In this document: one piece after another, positions 21,124 through 29,782 of the stretch
How the letters are laid out: each line of letters begins with the position of its first letter
Position numbering within the stretch: the stretch's first letter is position 1
Source: Deltaproteobacteria bacterium
GTDB lineage: Bacteria; JAGRBM01; JAHCIT01
Direction of reading: 5' to 3'
Assembly: GCA_026129095.1 (NCBI GenBank)
Contig: JAHCIT010000003.1
Span: 1-64,000 of the forward strand
Length of the DNA stretch: 64,000 nt
Position numbers and translations under genes: made by a program
Notes under the pieces: generated by a model
What the model was told of the DNA's origin: nothing
Database searches by the model: none
What the model saw: the letters and a program-made list of their open reading frames with translations, nothing else

Positions 21124-24009
21124 ATGGGTGAGCAGTTTTTCCTTTCCGTCGAGTTCGAGAACCTCGTTGACCTGTCGGCGCTGGCAGTTTCCATCTTCCT
21201 CTTCCCTCTGGGCTGGAGAGGCGCCCGGAGCATGCAGACGGCCTTTGCTCGGTGGTGCCTGTCCGCCTTCTTTTCCGTAATGGTTTTCCACTTCGGGCTG
21301 CAGGCGCTCCGGAGCGGATACCACCTTGCGTCGAACCTGCCCTTCAGCGCGGGGTACTTCCTGCCGCTTCTGGCGATCACCGAAACGCTCGGTGCGGGAC
21401 TGCTGCTGGCGTTGCTGGTGAGCGGCTGGAGTCTCGTCTGGGCGCGCTGGTCGCTGGGAGTGGTGATTGCCGCCGCACTGGTATCCGGGGCGGCGGCCCA
21501 CCTGACCGGTGCGTCTGGCCTGCCGCTGATCATCCGGGGCCAGTATGCGTTTGCCCAGACCCCGCTGGCCTGGATGGGGTTTCTCCGGGCGTTCCTGCTG
21601 GCTGCTGCGGGGGTAGCGGTGCTGCGTGCGGGCGTCGGTTTTCCGCTGCCGCGGCGGCTGGGGCTCGTCGCGCTGGGGCTGGCTGCCTGGCAGTTTCTCA
21701 ACCTGCCGGTTGTTTTAGGCGCATCAATCCCGGCGGCGGCGGTGAGTTCGTCAGCGGGACAGGTTGCGGGCCTGCTTGCTGTCGTGGGCGGAATCGTCAT
21801 CGTATACGATTTCAACGACGTCAGGTGGCGGTCGTTCGCAATGCGGGTCTTCGTGCTTGCGTTCGTGGTACTGGTGACGTTCATCCTGACGCTCTCCTTT
21901 AACTACCTGCTGCGTGTGCGGTTGCTGGACGAGGCACTGGTCCGCTACCGGGGTGAAGGCCGGAAGATCGCCGCCGATATTACGGAGACACTGGATGAAC
22001 TGGCCGGCTCGCTCTCCCGGCTGACCGAGCCGGCGGTCTTCCAGTTTTTCAGCACCCGCTTCCATTCCTCCAGCGCGGCGGTGAGCGAACTCGGCCTCGA
22101 TCTGGTTCGCGGGTACATTCCACGTGAATTCAACACGGTCAGCTTCACCGATCCGGCCGATCTTCTCCTGCTGGTGTATTCGGCCTATGGCGGTGTGCCC
22201 GGCGCAGCGCCGGCGCTCACCGCCAGCCAGATGAACCAGCTGTGGGCGGCTCCGGGCCGGGTGCTGATTTTTGATCTGGACCAGTCGGCGCGGGGAGGGC
22301 TGATTTCCGATGCTGGTGGAATACGCACCACTCCGGAAGCCATGCCGGAGTCGCAGCCTTCAGTAATGCTGGCGGCAGCGGTCAGTGACCGGTCGGGCCG
22401 TGCGCTCGGATTCGTCAAGGGCGTCATCCCGGTCCAGTCGCTGCTTTCGCATTTCGCGGGATATGACAGCAGCTCGGGGTGGGACTTCATCGCCACCGAG
22501 ACAGGCACCATCCTCGCCCATCCGCGTGCTGACTATGTGGGCTACCAGATCGACCGGCGGGGGAGTGCGTGGGAAGATGCGCTGGGTGCGAAACGGTGGT
22601 TCCAGCTCGACCTGCCGGGAGGGCGGATCTACCTGGCATTGTACCCGGTGGATCACGGCGACTGGGTGCTTGCCCGCGCTGTATCGACCACGACGATCGT
22701 CGAATCCACCCGCAAGCTGCGCGGCGCGACGCTTCTCATGCTGCTGTTCACGATGTTCGTGGCCGTCGTGATCGCGGCTGTCGTGTCGGTGGTGCTCACC
22801 CGGCAGAACGTCGCCATCGAGCGAATGGGGTTCGAGGTGGAGCGCAAGCGTGTGCTGGAAGACCGCAACCGGGTCCTGGACCTCAAGAACCGGGAGCTGG
22901 CGGGCGAGCGCCGGCGTATCGAAACGATCCTTCTTTCCATTGGTGAAGGGGTGGTCGTACTCGACCCGGAGGGCCAGGTGACGTTCATGAACCGCGCCGC
23001 CCGCCGGATACTGAAAGACGTGCCGGCTCCACAGGCGGTGCCTGTCGGTGCCGGACAACTGGGCATACCGGAGCTTGAATACGAGCTGGCCCGGCTTCGC
23101 GAGGCGGGGCAGGAGCCCGGTTCGGTTCGCACGTTCATCTGCAGGGGCGGGGAAGTCGATCTTCGTGTCACGCTGTCGGAAGTTCGTGCCGATGACGGGA
23201 GCCTCGTGGCGACGGTGCTGGCCCTTCAGGATATTACCGAACTGATGAAGGTTGACCGGCTCAAGACCGAGATCGTTTCGATCGTGAGCCATTCGCTGCG
23301 GACTCCCCTGACATCGATCAAGTCATACACGGAAATCCTGCTCAGCCACCCCGGAAAGGCGATCGGCGCCAGGGAACTCCAGCACCTCGGCGTTATTGAC
23401 CGTTCGGCTGACAAACTGACCCGTATTGTCACGAATCTTCTCGATCTCTCCAAGATATCTTCCGGACAGATGCAGTACCGCTTCGAGCCGACCGACATCG
23501 AAAGACTGGCGGCGGAGGCCGTCGAACTGGTTTCAGGCGCCGCCAGAGCCAAGGACATCGGGGTGGATTTCCAGGCCGATGCGGACCTGCCGTCGCTTCC
23601 GATCGACCGGCTCAAGTTCCGGCAGGTGCTCGACAACCTGCTGGGGAACGCAGTCAAGTTCACCCCTTCAGGCGGGAAAATCGGCCTGGAAATCCGGGTC
23701 GTCCCCACGGAGTCGCTCCCGGAAACGGTCCGGGCGGAGAACTGGGGCCCGCCGGGCCACTGTGTCCTCATCCGCGTGCGTGACACCGGCTCCGGTATCC
23801 GCCAGCAGAACCTGGAGCGGATTTTCGACAGGTTTTTCCAGGATGACTACGTGCGCCAGTCGTCCGAAGGCGGAACGGGGCTGGGCCTCGCTATCACTAG
23901 GGAGTTCGTGCAGGCCCACGGCGGGCGCATATGGGCCGAGTCTCCTGCCGGCAGCGGCGCCATTCTCAGCGTGGCGCTTCCCCTCTCGCAGGCCGCGGTT
24001 GCCGCCTGA
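21124..24009 (+). CDS. Multi-TM plus Cache-like plus PAS sensor histidine kinase
   Basis: About 8 N-terminal TMs, periplasmic segment with dCache-like GTILAHP...DWVL, TM, PAS (SIGEGVVVLDPEGQVTFMNRAA), H-box SHSLRTPL, NLLGNAVKFT, DTGSGI, GTGLGL. Confidence 0.88.
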   Translation: MGEQFFLSVEFENLVDLSALAVSIFLFPLGWRGARSMQTAFARWCLSAFFSVMVFHFGLQALRSGYHLASNLPFSAGYFLPLLAITETLGAGLLLALLVSGWSLVWARWSLGVVIAAALVSGAAAHLTGASGLPLIIRGQYAFAQTPLAWMGFLRAFLLAAAGVAVLRAGVGFPLPRRLGLVALGLAAWQFLNLPVVLGASIPAAAVSSSAGQVAGLLAVVGGIVIVYDFNDVRWRSFAMRVFVLAFVVLVTFILTLSFNYLLRVRLLDEALVRYRGEGRKIAADITETLDELAGSLSRLTEPAVFQFFSTRFHSSSAAVSELGLDLVRGYIPREFNTVSFTDPADLLLLVYSAYGGVPGAAPALTASQMNQLWAAPGRVLIFDLDQSARGGLISDAGGIRTTPEAMPESQPSVMLAAAVSDRSGRALGFVKGVIPVQSLLSHFAGYDSSSGWDFIATETGTILAHPRADYVGYQIDRRGSAWEDALGAKRWFQLDLPGGRIYLALYPVDHGDWVLARAVSTTTIVESTRKLRGATLLMLLFTMFVAVVIAAVVSVVLTRQNVAIERMGFEVERKRVLEDRNRVLDLKNRELAGERRRIETILLSIGEGVVVLDPEGQVTFMNRAARRILKDVPAPQAVPVGAGQLGIPELEYELARLREAGQEPGSVRTFICRGGEVDLRVTLSEVRADDGSLVATVLALQDITELMKVDRLKTEIVSIVSHSLRTPLTSIKSYTEILLSHPGKAIGARELQHLGVIDRSADKLTRIVTNLLDLSKISSGQMQYRFEPTDIERLAAEAVELVSGAARAKDIGVDFQADADLPSLPIDRLKFRQVLDNLLGNAVKFTPSGGKIGLEIRVVPTESLPETVRAENWGPPGHCVLIRVRDTGSGIRQQNLERIFDRFFQDDYVRQSSEGGTGLGLAITREFVQAHGGRIWAESPAGSGAILSVALPLSQAAVAA

Positions 24010-24072
24010 CGGAAACATAAGTGATTTGGGCCGTTTGCACCCGCTTTCAGCCCGGTTACACTGTGCCCGCCT

Positions 24073-24768
24073 ATGGAAAAGGTACTGGTGATCGAGGATG
24101 ACGAAAACATCCTCACAGCCGTCAAGATACTCCTCGAAGAAGAGGGATTTGCTGCCCTTACGGCACGCACCCTTGCAGATGGCCGCAACAAGACCGAGGC
24201 TGAAAATCCGGATATCGTCCTGCTGGACCTGATGCTGCCGGACGGCGACGGGCTCGACTACTGCCGCGAATACCGGCAGAAACGTCCGGGCATGCCCGTC
24301 ATCATCGTTTCCGCCAAGGACGAGGAGGTTGACAAGGTGGTGGGCCTCGAAATCGGGGCCGACGACTACCTTACCAAGCCGTTCTCCAAGCGCGAACTGG
24401 TGGCCCGGATCAAGTCGGTCCTTCGCCGCACGGCCAAGGAAAAGGACGCGCCCGCGCTCGACCGGGAGAAGACCCTCACCATCCGGGGCATGAAACTGAA
24501 CCCCAAAAAATACGAACTGTCCTTCAAGGGGACCACGATCCGGCTCCAGCCCAAGGAGTTCGATCTGCTCTACGTACTGGCGACCGCCCCCAACAAGGTG
24601 ATGAACCGCAAGTATCTACTGAAGACGGTCTGGGGGTACGGGCCGGACATCGAAACCCGCACGATCGACGTCCACATCAAGAACCTGCGGGTCAAGCTGA
24701 AGCCGTTCTTCGGCGAGGACAACCTCATCATTACCGTCCCGACCGAAGGCTACAAGCTGATCCGCTAG
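24073..24768 (+). CDS. OmpR/PhoB family response regulator
   Basis: VIEDD, LLDLMLP, GLEIGADDYLTKPF, winged helix RTIDVHIKNLRVKL. Confidence 0.95.
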   Translation: MEKVLVIEDDENILTAVKILLEEEGFAALTARTLADGRNKTEAENPDIVLLDLMLPDGDGLDYCREYRQKRPGMPVIIVSAKDEEVDKVVGLEIGADDYLTKPFSKRELVARIKSVLRRTAKEKDAPALDREKTLTIRGMKLNPKKYELSFKGTTIRLQPKEFDLLYVLATAPNKVMNRKYLLKTVWGYGPDIETRTIDVHIKNLRVKLKPFFGEDNLIITVPTEGYKLIR

Positions 24769-24769
24769 G

Positions 24770-26920
24770 TCAGAATTCCGTCCAGCCGCCGCCTGAGGCT
24801 GGCCGCTTCAGCGATCCATCCTCGTCAAACTCCGCCGGATAACGTTCCGAGACATAGATGGTCCGGTCCCCGTCCGGAGCGGGCTGCCGGTACAGCCTGA
24901 GAACCCGGTGGCCGGCGGGCTCGCCGTCCTGGCCCCGGTTTTCCATGCCGATGGCAATGACCGGGCCGAAATCGGTGCCGGTGTCCACCTTGAGGACCGG
25001 TTCAGCGGCGAGGTTGTTGACGAGAAACACCGTCCGCCGGTCAGGCAGTCTCACAGCCGGATAGATGACCCCCTGCATGGGCAGGTCGAAATACCGTTCG
25101 CGGAGGATCAAACTGGCGGGAGCCGTACGCCGCCGCTCCAGTTCGTTGGCGAACTGTCCGCCAGCCTTCTGCGCGGCAATTGCCGCCAGTTCTGGCTGAC
25201 GGCGAAGGAGTTCATCGAAGGCCGCCCAGCGAAGGACTTCATCCCGGCTATCGTCGGTAACGATGGAGGCAAGGGAGTCATGTTTGCCGGCACAGCCAAG
25301 GCCACGCACACCCGCCTCGGCCAGAAGGATGTCGGTGGAACCCGCCGCCGCTTCCGACAACGGCGCCGTCGCCTCACAGCTGTCACTGGCTAGCGCGAAC
25401 AGGGCGGCTCTCCGCTCCGATACCGGCGCGCTCTCCAGTGCCGCCATGCGTTCGAGTTCCGGCCGGAGTGCCGTCCGAAGCTGGCCGCTCGTTCCGCCTG
25501 CCGCCAGCCCGTTCAGGATGGCCAGTCGCTCGGCATGTCCGCCTGTCTGGAGCCACAGGGCAAGCTGGGGAGCCTGTTCAGGACCTGCAATGCGCCTGCA
25601 CAGGACGGCGAGCCGGGCCCGGAGGGAGCCGGTTGCTTCCTCCGCTCCGGCCCCGCCGCAAACGTGCGGCGCCGTGCCTTTCCAGGCCGCCGCGGGAAGC
25701 AGGAGCAGCAGTTCTTCGGCGGCTCGCTGGAGAGAGTAAGGCGAGGCGGGGCTGACCATCCGGAGAAGGAGCTTCGACCGCCAGAGGGATAGGTTCCGTC
25801 CGGTCTGGCAGTCCGGCGCGGCCGAAAGCGGATCGGTTGCCTGTGGGCAGTGCTTTTCAAAAAGTGCCTGCAAGGCCGCCGTTCCGGTGGCGAGATCATC
25901 GGCACTACCAGTTACCAGGGGCTCGATCCGTCCGAGAACGCCCGAAACCATGTCGGATGAAGATGCCGATGCAGCCCACAGGAAATCCGGCGAATCGAGC
26001 GGATCCTGTACCAGTATCTGCCGGATCACATCCTTGAACGCGGCGGGCTTTCCTTGGGCGAGCAGGATGCGGGCCTGGGCTCCCCGGAGCATCTTTTTTT
26101 CTGCCGGTGTGAGCCACGGACGGCTGAGGGCTTTCAGTGCGGCCGGATGCAGGTCCAGGTTCAGAAGTTCCAGGGCTGCGCCCTCCACGAACTCGGCACG
26201 CGGCTCCCCGGTGCCGAGAATGCGGGCGCAGCCGTCGAATGTGTTCCATCGGCCGAGCAGGGCGCTCACCGCCCGTGTCGCCTGGCACAGGCTGGCGGAC
26301 ATCTGGCGGTCCTTGAGCCGTGCGTCGAAGTAGGCTCCGACCTCTTTCGGGCGGAGGGCAGCGCGGGCCGGGTGGATGACGGCGGGGACCGCCTGTGTCG
26401 CCTCATCAGGAGCCAGGGTCTCGCAGGGCAGGAGAAGCTCGGTTTCGATCTGGGCGGCGTTGTGTGCGGAAAACTCCGAGCGGTTCACGATTTCCGGTGG
26501 AATGCGGCATTTGCCCGATTGCTGGTTGAGTTGCGCGAGGGTGGCGATGGCCCACCCCCTGTCATCCGGGCTCAGGGGGCCGAATGTCTGTTCCGCTTCT
26601 ATCCAGCGGAGCAGGTCGTCGTAACTGTCGGCGGCCCATTTGCGGAAATACCCCCTCAGTTCTCCGGCGAGCTTGAGGTCCGCGGCCGTGGTAGCCCAGT
26701 TTTTTACCGTCAGGATTGCGCCGTGAAGATATGTCCGGTCCCTGGGAGTTCCCCGGGCGGCACGCTCGGAAAGTTTTTCAGGGGGCTTTTCTGCGGCATG
26801 TGCGGGATGGACGGAATGGATACCGGCCGTGACAGCCGTCATCAGTAGGGCGGTCCTGAAGATTCCTGCTGCCCGCGACGTACATTTTGGCCGCAGGACG
26901 ACGGGGGGCTCTGGATTCAT
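24770..26920 (-). CDS. Secreted alpha-helical (TPR/HEAT-like) hypothetical protein; probable ATG 26920
   Basis: GGAGG SD before the ATG, signal-like LLMTAVTAGIHSVHPAHA, Ala/Leu-rich helical repeats. Fills the gap between convergent and divergent genes. Confidence 0.6.
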   Translation of the reverse strand: MNPEPPVVLRPKCTSRAAGIFRTALLMTAVTAGIHSVHPAHAAEKPPEKLSERAARGTPRDRTYLHGAILTVKNWATTAADLKLAGELRGYFRKWAADSYDDLLRWIEAEQTFGPLSPDDRGWAIATLAQLNQQSGKCRIPPEIVNRSEFSAHNAAQIETELLLPCETLAPDEATQAVPAVIHPARAALRPKEVGAYFDARLKDRQMSASLCQATRAVSALLGRWNTFDGCARILGTGEPRAEFVEGAALELLNLDLHPAALKALSRPWLTPAEKKMLRGAQARILLAQGKPAAFKDVIRQILVQDPLDSPDFLWAASASSSDMVSGVLGRIEPLVTGSADDLATGTAALQALFEKHCPQATDPLSAAPDCQTGRNLSLWRSKLLLRMVSPASPYSLQRAAEELLLLLPAAAWKGTAPHVCGGAGAEEATGSLRARLAVLCRRIAGPEQAPQLALWLQTGGHAERLAILNGLAAGGTSGQLRTALRPELERMAALESAPVSERRAALFALASDSCEATAPLSEAAAGSTDILLAEAGVRGLGCAGKHDSLASIVTDDSRDEVLRWAAFDELLRRQPELAAIAAQKAGGQFANELERRRTAPASLILRERYFDLPMQGVIYPAVRLPDRRTVFLVNNLAAEPVLKVDTGTDFGPVIAIGMENRGQDGEPAGHRVLRLYRQPAPDGDRTIYVSERYPAEFDEDGSLKRPASGGGWTEF

Positions 26921-26999
26921 GAAGCTGCCTCCACATACCGGACTGGCTGAACGGACGCTAATATAGCCGGTTACAAACCCATAGAACCTGTGGACACTA

Positions 27000-27029
27000 T
27001 TGACCAATTGGCTCATCCGTCCCTAGACT
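27000..27029 (+). promoter_or_regulatory. Putative sigma70 promoter of the Glt-like cluster
   Basis: TTGACC-N18-TAGACT, with imperfect palindrome TGACCAATTGGCTCA overlapping the -35. Confidence 0.5.
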
Positions 27030-27071
27030 AACTCCCGCTGCAATCAGTGTGAGCAAAGGCATCGAATAACG

Positions 27072-27611
27072 ATGAAACAGGCCCTCCGTCTCATAACCGC
27101 CGTCTGCGGCCTCTCGCTGGTGTTCCTCGGGCTGGCCCCGCTGGGACTTTCGGCGCAGGACGTGCGCAGTGTCGACGATGAAATCAACGACCTCCGTTCC
27201 AAGCTGGTCAAGATCAACGCCGATCTGGACGAGCTGGAAAAGGACCTCCTGCTGCCCCGGATGTCGGCGGTCAAGATATTCCTGACCTCCAGCTCTGGCC
27301 GGGATTTCCAGCTGGAGCAGGTGAAGGTGCTCCTGAACGGCAAGGTCGTGGGCTCCCATGTCTACCGGCAGGAGGAAAACATCGCGCTGGACAACGGCGG
27401 TGCCCAGGAGCTCTATATGGGGCCGATTTCCGAAGGTGAGCACACCATTCAGGCCCAGTTCTCCGGTGTCGATTCACTGAAGACCAAGGTCAACCGTGCC
27501 ATCCAGATCAAGTTTCGCGGCCGGAGCCGGGTGCTTTCCTTCGTCGAACTGAAGGTGAGTTACGACCGCACCAAGCGGGCCCCTGACTTCACATACGATA
27601 TCTGGGAGTAA
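27072..27611 (+). CDS. Secreted protein typical of TPR/TonB-C (Glt-core-like) clusters
   Basis: Signal peptide, short coiled coil ending LEKDLLLP, then beta domain FQLEQVKVLLNGKVVGSHVY...ALDNGGAQELYMGPISEGEH. I recognise this pattern from proteins heading gammaproteobacterial TPR-ExbBD-TonB clusters. Confidence 0.65.
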   Translation: MKQALRLITAVCGLSLVFLGLAPLGLSAQDVRSVDDEINDLRSKLVKINADLDELEKDLLLPRMSAVKIFLTSSSGRDFQLEQVKVLLNGKVVGSHVYRQEENIALDNGGAQELYMGPISEGEHTIQAQFSGVDSLKTKVNRAIQIKFRGRSRVLSFVELKVSYDRTKRAPDFTYDIWE

Positions 27612-27621
27612 ACCGGACCCG

Positions 27622-29778
27622 GTGAAGCGCCGACAGGCCACATACGCACTCGCAGTGGCGGCTGTCCTGCTGACAGCCCGGGGGGCAAGCCTTCGGGCCG
27701 CGCAGGATCCCGTCCATCTCTCGGTGAGCCCCCTGTACTCGTCCTCGGACAAGATCCGCGTCCAGCTCATGAGCGCCGAATACGAGCGGCTCACCGACAA
27801 CTGGATCAACCAGGACCCGTCGGTGGTGAACATGCTGAACCACTCGCGTGCCAATTCCGACGTGCACCCGCTGGTGCAACTCGGTGCGGGCAGCCTGTAC
27901 GAAACCATCGGACTCTTTGTCGAGGCCCAAGAGCAGATACAGGCGATCATCAAGGGCAAGGCCCGGAAGGAGGCCGAACCCGGTGCCTTCTTCACGCTCC
28001 AGAAAGTGTACTACCAGGCGGGTGAATATGCCCGGTCCGCATCGAGCTATTCGTTCGTTGCGAAGCACCCTCAGTTCCGGAAGCTGGACGAGGCGCGGTA
28101 TCTGGCGGGACAGGCCTATTTGCGTCTCAATGCCCCCGACCAGGCCGTCGAGGTGCTGAACCAGGTTGATATCAGCACACGCTGGGGTGCCTATGCCCGC
28201 TATTCGCTGGCCGTTGCCTATACCCAGCTCAACCGGATGGACGAAGCTGTCAGGGCCTACCGGGAGGCTATCGTCCTGGCTGACCGGACGGTCAAGGCCG
28301 GCGGCATCGAGGTGGCGGAGCGTGTCGTGACGGTGCTCCGGGCGCGTGGGCCGGGGTCCGAAAACGCCGAGGAACAGGTGGTCCAGGGCAGCGAGACCAT
28401 CCGGACTACGCTCACGCCGCTGACCGATTCGGAACTGAAGGCGCTGGAGGGTTTGCGGTCACGCGCCCAGATCGGCCTGGGTTATCACTACATCCAGTTC
28501 AAGCAGTACCAGCAGGCTTTCGATGCGCTGTCGGCGGTGCCTGAAACCGACGCCTACTTCATCGAGGCGCTTTACGCGAAGGCATGGGCGCTCATCTACC
28601 AGAAGCGGCTCACCGAAGCGATCGTACTGCTCAACAGCCTGCTGAAACGGTCGCGCACCGGACAGTTCGCTTACGAGGCCTATCTGGTGGTTGGTTCCTG
28701 TTTCATGAATCTCGGCGCCTATGACCGGGCAATCAAGTCCTACCGGTCGGCGCAGGAGCTGTACAAGCGCGAGCGCGAGGTTGTCCGGGCCGTGGCCGAG
28801 GCGGACTTCTTCCGCGACCGCTTCGATCTTATCCGCAGCTACTTCATCCTGGAACGTGAAGGTGCCCGTGATCCGTTCGGTCTTGCCGAGTCGCGGCTCA
28901 CGGATTTCGACCAGCTCGTTTATGCGAATATCGTATCCAATCCGGTGGTGCGCGACAGCTACACGCAGTTCGACGATATCGGCCGCTACCTGGCCGCACT
29001 GAATGACCGCCGTGACAATCTGGTCCGTTACCAGATCATGATTGACGACAAGTTGCGGACAGTCGCACGGGTTGCCGATGTCCTGGACAAGGAATGGACC
29101 CCGCGTTTCAAGGACCTGCTGGAGGATTTCACCCAGCTTGATGACCGCATCAATGCCAAGGGCAGGCGGTTCGATATCTGGGCCATGGCTTCGCCGAAGG
29201 AGACGATGCTGTTGCGTGATCTCCAGACGAAGAAGAACGCCATCCAGGAGATCGAGACGGATCTGAAAGGGGTGCAGGGACAGGTCGGTTCGGTATCCAG
29301 CCGGCTCCAGGCGGACGCGGCGCAGGATATTACCAGCCGTGTGGCGGCATCCGGCGATCGTGTCGAGAAACTGAAGCGGATGCAGCGTCTTCGGGCCGGA
29401 GAGGCGATCTGGAAGATCGTCGCTGTTGACCCGACCCAGCGTGTTTCGCGCGAAGCGGGAATCGAAACCCGGCAGCGGCGGGACGTGGCACGCATCAAGC
29501 AGGACATCGACCGCGTTCAGCGGCGGATCGAACAGCTTCGGGATGATGTTGATCGCGTGCGCAACCGTCACCGGGACATGAAGGTCCGGGCGAACGATCT
29601 CCAGGCCCGGGTGAAACAGGTGCTCGACCGGACCGAGAGGCTGTACGTCAATCTGGTGGACCAGCTCAACCGGGCGGTCGTGGCCGAATACAAGAACCAT
29701 GACGAACGTCTTGAGCGCTTCGATCTTGAGGCCAGTTACGGAATCCTGACAGCACTCGACAAGCAGACGGGAAGGTAA
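27622..29778 (+). CDS. Secreted TPR plus coiled-coil protein, GltC-like
   Basis: Signal peptide, TPRs (ARYSLAVA, AQIGLGY, ALYAKAWA), long C-terminal coiled coil ending EASYGILTALD. Confidence 0.7.
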   Translation: MKRRQATYALAVAAVLLTARGASLRAAQDPVHLSVSPLYSSSDKIRVQLMSAEYERLTDNWINQDPSVVNMLNHSRANSDVHPLVQLGAGSLYETIGLFVEAQEQIQAIIKGKARKEAEPGAFFTLQKVYYQAGEYARSASSYSFVAKHPQFRKLDEARYLAGQAYLRLNAPDQAVEVLNQVDISTRWGAYARYSLAVAYTQLNRMDEAVRAYREAIVLADRTVKAGGIEVAERVVTVLRARGPGSENAEEQVVQGSETIRTTLTPLTDSELKALEGLRSRAQIGLGYHYIQFKQYQQAFDALSAVPETDAYFIEALYAKAWALIYQKRLTEAIVLLNSLLKRSRTGQFAYEAYLVVGSCFMNLGAYDRAIKSYRSAQELYKREREVVRAVAEADFFRDRFDLIRSYFILEREGARDPFGLAESRLTDFDQLVYANIVSNPVVRDSYTQFDDIGRYLAALNDRRDNLVRYQIMIDDKLRTVARVADVLDKEWTPRFKDLLEDFTQLDDRINAKGRRFDIWAMASPKETMLLRDLQTKKNAIQEIETDLKGVQGQVGSVSSRLQADAAQDITSRVAASGDRVEKLKRMQRLRAGEAIWKIVAVDPTQRVSREAGIETRQRRDVARIKQDIDRVQRRIEQLRDDVDRVRNRHRDMKVRANDLQARVKQVLDRTERLYVNLVDQLNRAVVAEYKNHDERLERFDLEASYGILTALDKQTGR

Positions 29779-29782
29779 CCCG

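Noticed and set aside
26921-27071. Replication origin (DnaA-box-like TGTGGACAC)
   Set aside because: It is a single two-mismatch box with no box cluster, unwinding element or dnaA context.
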